64,000 nucleotides of DNA, from positions 98,766,001 to 98,830,000 of the forward strand of contig NC_043005.1 of the NCBI RefSeq assembly GCF_006345805.1, read 5' to 3'. The stretch is from Octopus sinensis. Its lineage: Eukaryota. Within the stretch, counting starts at the first letter, position 1; each line of letters starts with the position of its first letter. The position numbers and the translations under genes were made by a program. Shown here piece after piece: positions 25,415 to 39,972 of this stretch. The notes under the pieces are model-generated. The model made no database searches and had not been told where the DNA came from. It was given only the letters and a program-made list of their open reading frames with translations.

Positions 25415-25745
25415 CACCACCACCACCTGCACCTTCCACCACCTGCACCTCCACCACCTGCTACTACCTCCACCACCATCAATGCTGCTTCTGCCACTTC
25501 CACTACCAATGCCACAACCACTGCCTCTGCCACCACCACCACCACCACCACCACCACCACTGCTACCACTACCACCATCACTACTGCCACCACCTACCAT
25601 CACTGCCACTACCACTGCCACTGCTGTCCCTATCACCTACACCACCCCACCACTACTGCAACTGCCATCACTACCACCTCCCTCCCAACACCATAACACC
25701 ATTGCTGCTATTACCACCACACCATCATCATCATCATCACAATCA
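25415..25745. repeat. (CAC)n/(CAT)n low-complexity tract
   Basis: Directly visible; source of the Pro/Thr-rich ORFs. Confidence 0.9.
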
Positions 25746-26409
25746 CCTTCACCATCCTTCTTTCATAGATCTACTTTTTCTCTCTTCCACTTTGTTTCTT
25801 TCTTTCCCTCACCTTTTAAAATCTCTTCCTTCTATTTCTCATCACTTTGTACCTCTCTACTTCTTTCTCTCCCTCTCACTGTTTCTCTGCTCATCCCTCT
25901 TCCTGTGATCCAGCTCATCTCCACCCCAGCCCCCCCATCTTCACTCTTCCCTAATTCAACAGACCACTCCACAACAGACCACTCCACAACAGACCACTCC
26001 ACAAAATAGCCAACTCTGTATTTTAAATAGTTTCTTTAACTGTCAAATTCATTTCCTTTCTTATAGTTATGGCTGTTGGTGATGTTAAAATCAGTTCAGT
26101 CTTGATCCAGCATCCTTATCTGCAACAGTATCTGCACTGTGACCATCCCTTTTTGACTCCAGCATAGTATATCTAGGACTAGGACATCCAATCTGCCCCT
26201 TTTAAAAACAGTAGGCATGATTTGAGAATGATTTGGTTACTCTTTCTAGCAGGTCGAATGACAATAGAGCCTCCCCCCCCACCTCGTTGTTTGGTAGTTG
26301 TTGATGATGATTCTCCTTCTTGTGATTTTGGTAGTTCTGTGATGCATTGGAATAATTTTGGTAGTTCTGTGATGCATTGGAATAATTTTGGTAGTTCTGT
26401 GATGCATAT

Positions 26410-26590
26410 GAATGAGGATAGCTGCATAAAGAAGTGCCGATCACTGAAAGTGGAAGGTGCCCATGGAAGAGGCTAGACCCAGGAAAATGTGGGACGAAGT
26501 GGTAAGGATCAATCTCAGGATGTTGGGCCTCATGGAGGAAATGACAATGGACTGAGATGTCTGGCAATATGAGGTTCTTGAGAAGACCTG
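26410..26590 (+). mobile_element. Degenerate RTE ORF C-terminal fragment
   Basis: Translates KCRSLKVEGAHGRG / RPRKMWDEVVR...LGLMEEMT, homologous to the C-terminus of the RTE ORF at ~6950-7070. Confidence 0.75.
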
Positions 26591-27266
26591 CCCATGTCAG
26601 TGAAATTGAATTCTAGAAGCGCTGTGTGACTCACCCACACATAACTAGGGAATTCTTCCCACACCCTACCACAACAAGCCAAACTATACATCTCTTCTCT
26701 TCCTCACATTTCCACTTCATGCACTCTCCTCTTGGCCCAGTCTCACTGCATCACTGCTAGCCACAAGTCCCCGACCTGTGTGTTCCACCCACACATAACC
26801 AAGAAAACTTTCAAACACCCTGTCCCAACAAACGAATGTACATCTCTACATCCCTTCCTCACATTTCATCCTTCATGCACTACATCCACTTCTCATTCCC
26901 CAATCCTGTCCACACAGCCCTAATTCTCTGTATCATTGCTATCCAGTAGACCCCCCACTCTATTTATACCCAGGTTTTCACCACTCACTTCCCCTCCACA
27001 CTCTCTAATCACTTTTCTTTGGCAATATCCTGCCACTTATATTATGACCTTTGAAACTCGAGGGTATGCCCTGGCACTTGTCACCATCTATATCTCTCTC
27101 TACCTTTACTCAACCATCCCATTTATATTCTGATCCCTGTCCCTTGTCAGTATGTGTGGCACTTTGCCACCATCTCTATCATGCTGTCTCCCACTCTGTC
27201 TCTCTCCTTCTCCTGCACTTCCCTCAGGTTGGGTAACCATATATCTCCTGATTCTCTCTTCATTCC

Positions 27267-27300
<34 letters not shown>

Positions 27301-27661
27301 CTGGGTAACCATATACCTCTACAGCAAGACACCTGTTTCTGTCTTTCTGTCTCACTATAACCTTTCATCTCATATGACACAAGATCACCTCCTCCAATTC
27401 CCCCTCCCCTCTCAAAAGAGTTTTGTCTTGCAAGTTACTTGGTGACCCTGTCAGTGCAGGTGCCACTTAAAAAGCACCCAGTCCACACTGTAAAGTGGTT
27501 GGCATTTGGAAGGGCATCCAGCTGTAAAAACCTTGCTAAAAGAGACCTTGCCTGTGTCATGTAAAAGCACTAAGTCCATTCAGCTAGGTGGTTGGTGTTA
27601 GGAAGGGCATCAAGCTGTAAAAATCCTGCCAAAACAATCACAAAAGTCTGGTGCAGGCTTC

Positions 27662-28079
27662 TATAAATTTTTTTCCACGCGAGTTCTAAACCCCAGTAAT
27701 GAACTCAATTGCATACAGCCAATCAGAGCTCACCTTGACCATGTCGAGTTGACAACCACTCTCTACCAAGTAAAATTAAGATGAAGAACGGTGTTGTAAG
27801 TCGACCGATCGCCAAGTTATGTCTGATTTTAGACAGAGACAAGTACAAAGTAAACAACAACACAAATAGCTACATAGAAGCAGCCATGGTTGAAACAAGA
27901 AGAACAAGCATTATTAAGAAAGAAAAGAAGCATGGTCATTCCTTACCCAAGTGACCATATCTTATTGCCAATCACTTGTTATGCGCTCATAAATTAGTTT
28001 GATAGTTGAGCTCTGATTGGCTATATGCAAATGAGTTCATAACTAGGGGCTGGAACTCTTATGGCAAAACAAATTTCAC
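27662..28079. mobile_element. Non-autonomous element with ~50-bp inverted repeats, inserted into an RTE 3' tail
   Basis: 27681-27732 (GAGTTCTAAACCCC...CAGCCAATCAGAGCTCA) is inverted to 28007-28058. The RTE tail sequence is interrupted at ~27660 and resumes at ~28080. Confidence 0.75.
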
Positions 28080-28468
28080 TGCTTGGCCAGCTTTTGCCAA
28101 ACTATCCCACCCATGCCAGCATGGAAGGCAGATGTTAAACGATGATGATGATGATGATGATAGTAAGAGGTGGTAGTTGTGTGTTACTCTTTAACAATGG
28201 TCACAGGAATTGCATGACCATCACATCTTCGTTATCCTGCTTTGATCAGCTTTGCATTTCAATTGCCTAAAGTCTGTTAAGTATCAATCGATATGTTTTG
28301 ATTTGATGAAGCAATTCCCATTTGCCTTAGAAATAAATGGTGTTGTATACTATAGCTGAATGACAGCCTGCTAGGAGTGAAATTTACTGGTAGTTTACAG
28401 TTGTGAAATCCAAAGAGGAATCAACAGAAACTGAAGTGTAACTTGATGCTTAGACTTGCAGAACCACA

Positions 28469-28705
28469 GGCGGTGGCGAGGAGCTGGCAGAAACGTTAGC
28501 ATGCCAGACGAAATGCTTAGCGGTACTTCATCTGTCGCTACGTTCTGAGTTCAAATTCCGCCGAGGTCGACTTTGCCTTTCGTCCTTTCGGGGTCGATAA
28601 ATTAAGTACCAGTTACGCACTGGGGTCGATGTAATTGACCTAATCCATTTGTCTGTCTTTGTTTGTCCCCTCTGTGTTTAGCCCCTTGTGGGTAATAAAG
28701 AAATA
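28469..28705 (+). mobile_element. tRNA-derived SINE with a Deu/Nin-like central domain
   Basis: Head GAGCTGGCAGAAACGTTAGC, B-box-like GAGTTCAAATTCC, central GGTCGACTTTGCCTTTCGTCCTTTCGGGGTCGATAAATTAAGTACCAG. The domain name is recalled, not searched. Confidence 0.85.
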
Positions 28706-29459
28706 GAGATGCAGAATCACAAGAGTGAAGGAAACTTCTCACACACTCAACCACAACCAGCCAAACTACATCTTCAGCATTCAAGTTACTCGGTCAAAAG
28801 AAATAGCTATTTACTCACATTGTTTTGAAATAATCATGTGTTATCTTGTAGTTAAGAAGGTTTTTGATGTAGTCAAGAAGTATTTTAAGATATATATTTG
28901 ACTAATTAGCTAAGCTACAGAAATTGCCTTTCATTTGGACATTACATATTTTTAAAACAATACATTGAAAATGATGTTCCTGTGAGATCTTGAAAGAATT
29001 AAGAAAATTAATCTGGACAATGTTTTTATCAGCAATCATACTTTTAACAAGATCTTGTACTCTTGGAATAAAATATTTTGAAAATATGATTGATTCATAT
29101 TTATATATATATATAAGAAATAGAATTTCTGCTTAGAATGTTAGTGGCTTAGAATGTATGTGACTTCCATATATTATTAAAAATAATAATATTGATAATA
29201 ATAATAAGTAATGATGATGTAGTAGTGTTTAACATTGAGCTTGTGTATGAACTGACAGAAGGAAATTGTGTGTGTGTGAGTGTGTGTATCAGGGTTTAAG
29301 AGAAAAGTGCGAGTGCTTGGCTGTTCTGTATTGCCTTTGAGAATTGTATCTAAAGAATATATTTTATAAGAACTCCTTTACAAATATTTCTCCATTGTTG
29401 ATAACACAGAGGTCATAGTAAATCAGAATATGGAAGGAAATTGTTCAGTTTTCATTTTC

Positions 29460-29501
<42 letters not shown>

Positions 29502-30789
29502 TACATACATATATATATATATATATAATACATACGTGTGTGTATGTATATTTATTTGTTGAAGATCTAGTATACTTCTGTTCATAAATAGGTAGATTCA
29601 AGACTGAATGGTACACATTCCAATTATGTTTCATTAAAATATTTCCAACAATGAAGTGTTTTTTTTTATTATTGGTACTTTGTGAGTTTATGGAGAAACA
29701 CTTTTGTTTTCTTTTACTTTTCCAATATACAACATTCTTTGAAGGAAGACAAATATCAATATTTTACTTCACCTTTGCACGCAAATTCTACAATCTCATT
29801 TAGTCTTTCAATCAGTTTATTATGTGCTGTTTCACTACAGTGACTTGCTAAAATTGTAGGTTCATATTGCTTTTTACTTTGTTTTCATTGTTTATCTTAT
29901 ATACATTGGCAAAACAACTTATTATAATTGCAGTAGAAGTTACTGTTTTTGTTTTTTCGTGGAACTTTCCTATTTAGCTGTGATATATCAATTTGATACA
30001 CATTGGATATGGCACTGGAGATCAGTTGTGTGCTGTATCATTTAGATACCATAATAAATTGATGTTTTATTAGTTCTTTGTGTCTTTGGTAGGCAGTACT
30101 GTGGAACTAATATCTCCTCTTTGTCTCTCACTATTCAGCCCAGTCACCTACCATATTTTCTATATTCCCTTTGATGATATCCTCTTGATATTTATCACTA
30201 TAGATATGTATAACCATAAATATCACTGCTATCTTGTAATATTCAGAATTTTATTTAGTAATGCAGTATCAATATTTGTTAGACACAATCATTAGATTAT
30301 TTACAAACTTCCTCTCTGTTGCAACTAAACCAAACTTAATCGGTAATAATACTCTGTATTTTAATCAGAATTGCTTCATTGCATTTTAATTTAGTTTCTC
30401 ATCATATTTCCTCTTACCCATGTCATGTGCTCGTTGTTTAGCCCTAGTTTAACTCTGATGGAGCAGATCTGTGTTCAAAGAATTTGCAGCCATGACTTTG
30501 CTTGCCTTTTTTACTTTTTGCTTTTTTATTTAGTGGGTGGAGGTAGGCTGGGCTGCAGTTTCTAGTGGGCTGATCAGCTACACTGGAGCTCTCTCACTGA
30601 TTCATGTACAATTTTGTGTGTGTAAAGTACTGTGTGAAACATTGTACAGCACTTTGCACAACACTGTACAGTACTGCATACAACACTGTGTGCACTACTT
30701 TGTAGAACATTATGTACAACACTATTGGACATTATATAATCATTATAATTTTAAGACACAAACTTCCTATGACAGTCATCAAACTCAGT

Positions 30790-31256
30790 GACTGGCATCC
30801 ATTTGCTAGTGGAGCACTAAGAGTACCATACGAGTGAGATCGTTGCCAGAGCAACAAGCTGGCCTTTGTGTCGATGGCACATTAAACACACCATTCGGGC
30901 ATGATCGTTACCTGCATCACCTTAGTAGCACTTGTGCTGGTGGCGCATGAAAAACATTCGAGCGAGGTCGTTGCCAGTGCCGCTGGACTGGCTCCTGTGC
31001 AGGTGGCACATAAAATGCACCATTTGAGCGTGACCGTTGCCAGTACCACCTGACTGGCCCTCATGCCGGTGGCACGTAAAAGCACTCACTACACTCTCAG
31101 AGTGGTTGGCGTTAGGAAGGGCATCCAGCTGTAGAAACTCTGTCAGATCAGATTGGAGTGTGGTGCAGCCATCTGGTTCGCTAGACCTCAGTCAAATCGT
31201 CTAACCCATGCTAGTATGGAAAGTGGGCGTTAAACAATGATGATGATGATGATGAT
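30790..31256 (+). mobile_element. RTE-type 3' fragment with ~4 diverged 66-bp units and (GAT)n tail
   Basis: Units such as GCCAGTACCACCTGACTGGCCCTCATGCCGGTGGCACGTAAAAGCAC precede the conserved terminus. Confidence 0.85.
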
Positions 31257-32010
31257 ATATATATATATATAATGATAAGGAGACATTTATATATAAATGA
31301 TTGTCACAAAAATGTGTGTGTATACATACATACATACATACATACACATACACACACACACACACATACATACACATATACATACATATATATTTCTCAT
31401 CATCATCATTTCACAGCTATATTCCATGCTGCCATGGGTTACATGGTGTAGCTGCATGTGACAAGTCCAAAGGCTGCATTATGTTCTAATGTTTTCTTTG
31501 GTGTAATTTTTATAGCTTAGTGCCCTTTCTAACGTGAACCGCTTTACAGTGTGTAATGGTGAGTGCTTGTTTTTATGGCACCAGCACTAGTGAGGTTACC
31601 ATGCAGCCTGCAAAACTTAAGATCTGCTTTGACTGAATGAAGTTACAGTAGGGAAGAAGATGGCATAATGCTTGGGGGATGAGTGGTCAGAGAGAACAGA
31701 GCAGATTTCTTGCTGTAGAGGATCTGTATGACTACTGAACACTAGTGAAGAGAGGGCAGGAGTGGCCAGGGTGGTGCTGGAAAGAGATAAAAATATTGGT
31801 GATGAGATGTTAGGGTAGACTTTCAAAGTGAGTGGGAGTTCTTGACACCACATGATTATTGTAAAATGATTGTCATTGTTATACAAGCAGTGTCATTCAT
31901 TTCTAATAGTCTGCCATGCCTGGCCATGGGGAAATATTACCTTGCTTGGAAACAGGTGATGGTTGGTAACAAGAAGAGCATCTGGCTGTGTGTGTGTGTA
32001 TAATATATAT

Positions 32011-32766
32011 ATCATCATCATCATCATTTAACGTCCGCTTTCCATGCTAGCATGGGTTGGACGGTTCAACTGGGGTCTGGGGAGCCCGAAGGCTGCACCA
32101 ACCCAGTCAGATCTGGCAGTGTTTCTACAGCTGGATGCCCCTCCTAACGCCAACCACTCCGAGAGTGTAGTGGGTGATTTTATGTGCCACCGACACAGGT
32201 GCCAGACGAGGCTGGCAGACGGCCACGCTCGGATGTTGTTTTTTATGTGCCACCGACACAGGTGCCAGACGAGGCTGGCAGACGGCCACGCTCGGATGGT
32301 GTTTTTTTATGTGCCACCGACACAGGTGCCAGATGAGGCTGGCGAACGGCCACGATCAGATGGTGTTTGTTACGTGCCCACAGCACGGAGGCCAGTCGAT
32401 GCGGTACCACAAAGATACAAATTCCATTGATGTTCATCTATTTTGATTTGGTTTGATTTTCACTTGCCTCAACAGGTCTTCACAAGTGTCACAAGAAGGA
32501 AGGTATGCACAGGTGGACTGACTACGTCCCAGGTAGGGGCCACGGGTTATGGCCTGACTAGTCTTGCCGGGTCTTCTCACGCACAGCATACTTCCATAGG
32601 TCTCGGTCTCTAGTCATTTCCTTGGTGAGACCTAAAGTTCGAAGGTCGTGCTTCACCACCTCGTCCCAGGTTTTCCTGCGTCTACCTCTTCAACAGGTTC
32701 CCTCAACTGCTAGGGTGTAGCAGTCGGGCTTCACTACCTCGTCCCAGGTTTTCCTGGGTCTACCTC
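32011..32766 (-). mobile_element. 5'-truncated RTE copy (ORF C-terminus + complete 3'UTR) with a duplicated segment at the 5' junction
   Basis: Same 3'UTR subfamily as 13.8-16.2 kb and continues into ORF sequence (CTTCACCACCTCGTCCCAGG). That ~40-bp segment occurs twice (~32650 and ~32728). Confidence 0.9.
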
Positions 32767-33099
32767 ATATATATATATAATTTAAAAATAGGATAAAATA
32801 TTTATAAGAATTTATCAAGTAGTTAGCATGAAAAACCTCATAAGAGAAATTTTTTCACTTAAATATATTTGTTTATATAATATAGAGGGCATTACTATAC
32901 ATAAATGCCACACGCTTGGGCGGCTTTGGGCGGTTTGGTAACGAAAGGGTTAAAAACAGAAATGGTTTTAAAAACAGCTGAATTCTGTTTTTAAATGACT
33001 TGCTTCAAGAGTTGCATTTGGTACGATGTGTTTATTTATTTTGGTAGTTTTGACTTTAAGAGTCCCTCCAAGCATGTGGCATTTATGTATAGTAATGCC

Positions 33100-33202
<103 letters not shown>

Positions 33203-36200
33203 CTATTTTATATCCAGTTTCAATATTGACATGGGTTGGATGATCCAAGAGGCTTGTGCATACCATCTTGCTGCAATATCTTAGTTTTGGCATATTCTAT
33301 AATATCATATTGGAGTGAAATCTGTGATTAATATGACTGACATCTCTTACTAGTAAAAAAATACTTCTGTTCTAAGTTGTTCTTTAACCCCCAGGTCATT
33401 CACGACCCATTTGACCTATAATCAGAAGTGTTCTAACTGTGACCATACTGTCTAAAACACACCCAGTGAATCTAATACTGCATTCATTATCTTCCTTAGC
33501 TATGTTAAGGTGGGATTTGAGGCTGATTTGGCTGCTTTTTCAAACAGATTTAGCAACTACATATAGAGGCTCCAATATATGCTTGTTGAAGTTTGATATG
33601 TGGCTACAAAGCAATGAAAAAAACCCATTTAAGATTGTATTGTTTTGCTAGATTCTGAGACTGTTTTATTCAGTCACCATATAACTAAATTATTATTCAC
33701 AACAGTCAAAATATTTGATCATGCTTATTGATAAAGGAGAAAAAGGAGATTGGAGTGGGAGACCTTCCCCTCCAGTGCCATTTATTTAATAATAATGATA
33801 TATAATATTCAATGTGTCTGTCAATATCTGAAAAATTTTCCAAACCATTTATATAAAATTCAGATTTTAATCAAATTAATGCCAAGATTGTATTTTAACT
33901 TGTGTGAAACAGTATACTGCTTCCCATTAATTTTGTTTGAATTTCTATTGTATTTGGTGTTGTGCTCAAAATTTTGAACCTTATATTTATTAGGTGCAAA
34001 CTTGACAATGTGGTGAAGATGTTAGCTTCCTAACTGCATGGTTTCAGGTTCAGTACTGCTGTGTGGCACCTTGGGCAGGAAAACCAAAGCCTTGTAAAGG
34101 GATTTGGTAGTTAGAATCCTGGAAACAGGGAAACACTACCCTGCTTGGAAACATGTAAAGTTTAGTAACAGGAAGGGTGTCCAGCCATAGAAATTAATCC
34201 TGTTGGACCACAGAAAAGTGGACATTGAAACAAATCTGATTATTATTAAATCCATAAGCGTAGATTTTGGACTTGTGATGTTGCTCATTCTGTTAGCAGG
34301 AACTCAAGTATATATTATTTGACTTGCCCAGAGATTAAACACATGCTTACTAGCTAAACTACTGTGCTTGATACTTAAAAGCAGCATAACTGTATGATTT
34401 GGCAGATGGTACTATGCCCTTACTTATAGTTTTAGGTCTCCATGTAGTTGTGGGCAGACATTCTGTTGGACTCCACCCTTCACACAATGGAACATTGTAG
34501 ATGTGACAGTTACGAAGGAGGGCCTCATTAGCAGGTGTCTAGTACTCATTTTAAGCTAAGTACACTGAAGCGGTGTGAAATGATGTACCCTGATCAAGGA
34601 TACAACATATCAACCTGATCCAGAAATTGAACATATGACCTTATGATTGTAAACTTAACACCCCAACCACTAAGCCATGTGTCTTCATATCTAATCCTTA
34701 ATCAATACTTATATGCCCTATTCCATTGTCTTGTATTATAATTAAGAGATTTTTTTAGTGTCAAAGGTTTAATATTCTTTATGTTTTTGTTTTGTTTTGC
34801 ATCTCATTATAATAATGAAGAGGAGAATGGTGGTGATGGTTGTTAGCAGGATCACCTGGTAGCTTTGTGATGTTTATTTATGTTTCTGAGTTCAAATTCT
34901 ACCATGATTGAAATTTGGTGTTCAGTCCTCTGAGGTGGTTGTTTAGCTTTCAGGCAAGCCTTGATCCAATAAAACTATGATTTAATTCAGTCCATAATGT
35001 TTACACCTTTTTCTAAATATCTATCTATGATAAATCAGCCAATAGGTTCATTTTTTTTCTTTTAATATGGTGTAATTTGACAGATTTAGCTGCTATTACT
35101 AGCAGACTGGGCAGTCATCTCAAGGCTCACTTTCTTGTTCACTCTCTCAGGAGTTGGTACATTTAGTAATTGTAAAGTATCAGGGTTGATTTGTGTCTTC
35201 ATCTCCAAAAATGTGCAACTTCCTGCGCAAGTCAGAAACAATTTACACAAATGGAAATACTTAATTGGTTCTTTTTTGTTTTTGTGTTTGTATAATGGCC
35301 CTTCTAAAATGCAATAAAATTTTGAATCACTTCAACCCATGCTTTATCAAGGAAGCTTCTTCCCTGTTGTATGCCTATGTGTGTGTGTGTTTATATGTAC
35401 ACTCAGCTGCTATATTATTAACCCACTCTATGCAGTTTATCTTTTGATACAATTACAAAGAACTAATACAGTTTTGTAGGTTTAACTTGTCCTTCATTGT
35501 TCTTGGTCTGTGGAGTCACCTGAATAATATTTTGTTTCTTTTTGTCTCCTCACATTGTCGTTTCACTCCTAGATGTCAAATCAGAATGATAATCTACTTG
35601 AACATAAAACAAAATAAGCAGGAAGACGTAATATACTTAACCAAAATCTCACTGAAGTTCTTTATATGGCTGAGAAACAAAAATAACACATTCCCAACAG
35701 TTGTTAGGCAGACGTCAATGACAATTTCACTGTGGAGGATATGGCATAGCTTGGCTGTAGTCTGTAGTGGTTTCGTCTGTTAGTTGGCTTCAATTAGTGC
35801 AATTAGTGCCTTAAACTATTTCTCAGTTTTAACCCCTCCACTCAGTCCTTGACTCCCTTTTGTGGGGTTCATTCTCTAGTAAGAATTCAGGATAGGTCTC
35901 CAGTTTGAGGATACTCTCCTCTCCTTCCTTCCATCCAGTCTCCGAGGCCCTGTAATGAGTCATTGCTATGCTCTTTCCCCTTTTCTAAGTAATAAAAATA
36001 ATCCTTTTAATCTAATTTTCTATCTATTCTATTTAATGTATCCAGTCACCCACCAAACACAGACATTATAACAGTGTTGGTGCCTGCCTAACAAATTCCA
36101 CTCACAAAGTATTGGTTAACCTGAGGCTATGAAAGGCAGATGCCCATGGTGCTGTACACTGGGATTGAACCTGACACAACCATGCTTGCACCTATGAAGG

Positions 36201-36513
36201 GATAATATCATTCTGTTAGTGACTATCATGTCTTGTTTTTATAATTTTGAATCCTTCTAGAGGGTTGCCTTTGCTTTCCCTTGTTTATTAGTTAGCAAAC
36301 TAATTCTGGGAATTGTCTACTGGGTACATCTCTCTCTATCACAACGAACATCTAACTTTTAAATATTTCCCCTTATTAGATTTCCTTGTTATCAAGATTC
36401 ATGATTAATTTGTTGAATGATTAAAAGTTACAGGAAGGCTAAGTCAGACATGAATTAAAATTTAAAAAAGACAAAAAATATATAGCTTCCTAATTTACAT
36501 AAATATTTAGTCA

Positions 36514-36897
36514 TCTCTCTCTATATAAACGGCAGTTTGTCTGTGTGTGTTTCTGTGTGTCTGTTTGGTTGTACCCTCACCCTGACCACGGCTTTCAACC
36601 GATTCTGATGAAACTTGACACACACATAGCCCAATGTCATAATTCAAAACTAACGCAGCGAAAATTTTGAAAAGTTCTCCCAGTTCTGAAAAAGATCGAT
36701 AAATTCGACATGGGGTCGACAATCAGAAACACAAACCACAGATGGTCTAGGGGACGCAACTCGACCTTTTTAACTATCAAAAAAAAATTTACCATCATTT
36801 TTTCCCCATTTTTGGCTATTTTTTGGCTATAACTCTCTAAAAATGCTTTATAGTTATTTCCCTTACAAACCCGAGCAACGCCGGGCGATACTGCTAG
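36514..36897 (+). mobile_element. Non-autonomous Helitron
   Basis: 5' A|TC(TCTCTCTATATAAA), 3' GC-rich hairpin CCCGAGCAACGCCGGG (36870-36885) followed by CTAG|T; inserted between A and T with no TSD. Confidence 0.85.
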
Positions 36898-38631
36898 TTA
36901 TCCTATAAATGATAGATTTCTTTCATACCCTGTTAGGTATTTCAATATATGTTGTCTGTTGGTTCTGTTTGTTTTTGAGATCAGTACATCTTTAATCAAG
37001 TGGATTGCATTGCTAACTTCTATACACATTCATGCAATTTCATTATTTCTTTTTAGATGCTGCCTAAGGGCACTACTATATTTATATAGTTCTCTAAGAA
37101 CATTTACAGGAAGTCATTCACTTTATGCCTGCCTCTACTTTTTATCTGATACACCTAAAAGCTTTCTTTTTTCTTTAAACCATCTTATCACTTACTCTTT
37201 TCTCAAAATCAATTTCTTATTCTCTTGTAGCTTTTCTGCTTCTCTTCATTCGTGGTATTTACCATTCTTTTTATTTAGTTTACCTCATTAACGATAGAGT
37301 TAACTTTACCTTGTCTGCTGCAACTGATACTACTGTATTTTGGTTGGTGTAGTATGTACAGTTGTCCGAATAAAGGATTTACAATATCTTGTTTCATACT
37401 TCATGATACTAAAGTTGATTTCGTCTTTTATTCCCTTCAGCATTGATAGATTAAGTACCAAAAATATAGTAGGCAGCAAATTGGCAGACTCATTATAGTG
37501 TTGGATAGAATACCTAGCAGTATTTGTTCAAGCTTTTGGTACTCTAAGTTCAATTCCCTCTCAGATCAGCTTTACCTTTCAGATGTCTGAGACCACTGAA
37601 TAAAGTATCAGTGAGACAGTGTTGGAGTTGGTTCTTTTCTCTTTCACCCTCTTTCTCTATGTATCGGCCACATTCCACTCACAAAGAACTGGAGAAGGGT
37701 CATGGTAAACAACTCACAGTTTCCCCTTCTCCAGGAATGGAGAAAGGTTCAACAAAAGCATAGCAACTTCTTGTCATGAACAAAAACAAAAAGACTCCCC
37801 CCCCAAAAAAAACACGTGTTACTGAAGCTATCTAAGGACAGTCTAATGTGCAACACAATAGGTACAATAGTAATAAAGATAATATTAAAAAGTAAGTTTA
37901 ATACTATTTCTTTCCTCTGCTGCAAAATTTGTGTGGCATAAAGAAAAAAAAATGGAAAACTTGAAATTTTGGTATTTTTGCAGTTATGAAACCTGCAGAA
38001 TTGTTATAATTTATGTATTTACCTGGCTTTATGTGTGCCACTGACTAACTAAGCTTGTAATTCAGTTATGAATCCCAGTTTTAAATCTGTTTTGCACAAG
38101 TTCCTAATATCCTTGACAGAAACCTGCTTCTCATCATTTTCTATATCCTGAAAATGCCATAACATGGACATTTTTTTCCATATCTATATCAAAGACTTTC
38201 ATTGTATAGCTCTCGACTGTTGTCCGATATTCTATCATTTTAAACTACTTCAACGTTTTCCAATAACTTTTGATCTTTGAATGTTTATTCCTTTGATGTA
38301 TATTTAGAGTGACACTAACGATTGTATCCGATGTTGGTATGAAACCCTGTATTTTTATTGCAATTGCTTTTTTTTTTTAAAGCATTAGTAATGTTTGTTA
38401 CAACAGAATAGTTGTTTATTATGTGGAACCTCAGAGAGGATGGGAAATGACAGTTGTGACATTCATGGCTTTCGCTCAGCTATAATGTCAGCAACTCTTG
38501 GAGTAGTTTAAAGAATCAATTAATCTTATTGTCACATCACACAAATACAACAAATTTAAATATTCTTAAAAAAATTCCTAAAAGAAGCATCTTCAATACT
38601 ACACTTCATTTCTAATCTCGTTCCCTTTCAG

Positions 38632-38774
38632 ATCCCCTTCTTCCACGCGTTGTTGCCTTCATCCAGGAGTTTCCCGAGTTCCTGCAGACTGTGGTCCATT
38701 GTGCCCGGAAGACAGAGGTTGCATTGTGGCCTTACCTTTTCTCCAAAGTTGGCAACCCAACAGATCTTTTTGAG
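38632..38774 (+). CDS. RIC1: RIC1 internal coding exon, 143 nt (next exon after 5685-5809)
   Basis: Acceptor ctaatctcgttccctttcag, donor gtgaga. Translates (D)[47 protein letters not shown], matching RIC1 [48 protein letters not shown]. Splice phase is compatible with the upstream exon. Confidence 0.95.
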
Positions 38775-39114
38775 GTGAGAATGTTTCCTTGCTTCAATAT
38801 ATTTTCAGGTTTTTTTTTTTTTAGAAAATATAAATAGATTTTTTTAATATAAATTATTTTTATATTCAACTCAAATTTATTTTGAAAAAAGAAAAGAAAA
38901 GGGATGTAAAAGATATTAGTATTAAGCTGGAAATTTAATTTCAGTTTATGCATCCATCATTAACAACTAGAATTAACTAATGGCAACAACATTTAGTGTT
39001 TATTTATTTAATGAAAAGCTCCAAGATATGGATTTTTAACATTACTCACAGTATCTGTAAAAATTGTCATCCTTATCCTTTTCTGTTTGTTTTTCATACT
39101 TGCATGGCTTAGAT

Positions 39115-39385
39115 CAGTGGTTCCCAAACTTTTTCAAGCTGCTGCACCCTTGGCACCCAAGCCACATTCCTAGCACCTGCTCCCCACTCACCACCACAAA
39201 CATAAACAACTGCAGCAAATTTTTTAAAAAGATGTATTTCACAAATAAAACTTCACCTAATCAACCCATTATTTTAATTTTTTTTACATCCACCCTATTA
39301 TCACCCCAGTTTTCTTTAAGGGCCCCGCACCCAGATTTTTCCACTACCCCCAAGGGGACAGCACCATCCACTTTGGGAACCACTA
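39115..39385. mobile_element. hAT-like MITE
   Basis: Terminal inverted repeats CAGTGGTTCCCAAA / TTTGGGAACCACTA; the 8-bp TSD is not clearly retained. Confidence 0.7.
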
Positions 39386-39466
39386 GGTGAAATGGTTTAT
39401 GACATTCTAATGAGCTCTTATTTGCTCTGCTCCCATAAATGGTTTGGTAGACTACTGCACTTAATA

Positions 39467-39972
39467 TTGGGTTGTCCTGAAAGTTTGTGCCGACTTATAG
39501 TAGCTTACCTTTCTTTATTTTAGAACATGCTTGAGTTCATAAAATAAGATTTGACTACACCTCCATTTAGAGCAAAGTTTAAGCTGTCTTTTCGTGGAAG
39601 AAGGTTTATGTTCCTATAACCTGTGTTAATCCTGTAACCCTTTAAAATGGAAGATAAGAAAGTTCATTTTCGGCACTTGATGCTTTGGGAACCAGACAAA
39701 AATTGCTGCAGCTCGGCTATTCAGGTCTCCGCAGAATAGTCTTAATGGTAAAAATTTCAATTCCTTGGATGATGTAAAAAGATAACTTGATGAATTCTTT
39801 GCCATGAAACCACCTCAATTCTAGGAAAAGGGTATTTTCAAGTTAAAGGAAAGATGGTGATGCATTGTGTAACAAAATGGTTCATATTTGGTTGATTAAA
39901 AATGTAATGGCAAGTATTTATTGACCTTTTTCTTTCCTTTAAAAATCGGCACAAACTTTCTGGACAATCCAA
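39467..39972 (+). mobile_element. Internally deleted mariner element
   Basis: TA-flanked TIRs TTGGGTTGTCCTGAAAGTTTGTGCCGA / TCGGCACAAACTTTCTGGACAATCCAA. Remnant N-terminus MEDKKVHFRHLMLWE and C-terminus with LFRSPQNSLNGKNFNSLDDVKR and KGIFKLKERW, including stops. Confidence 0.9.
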
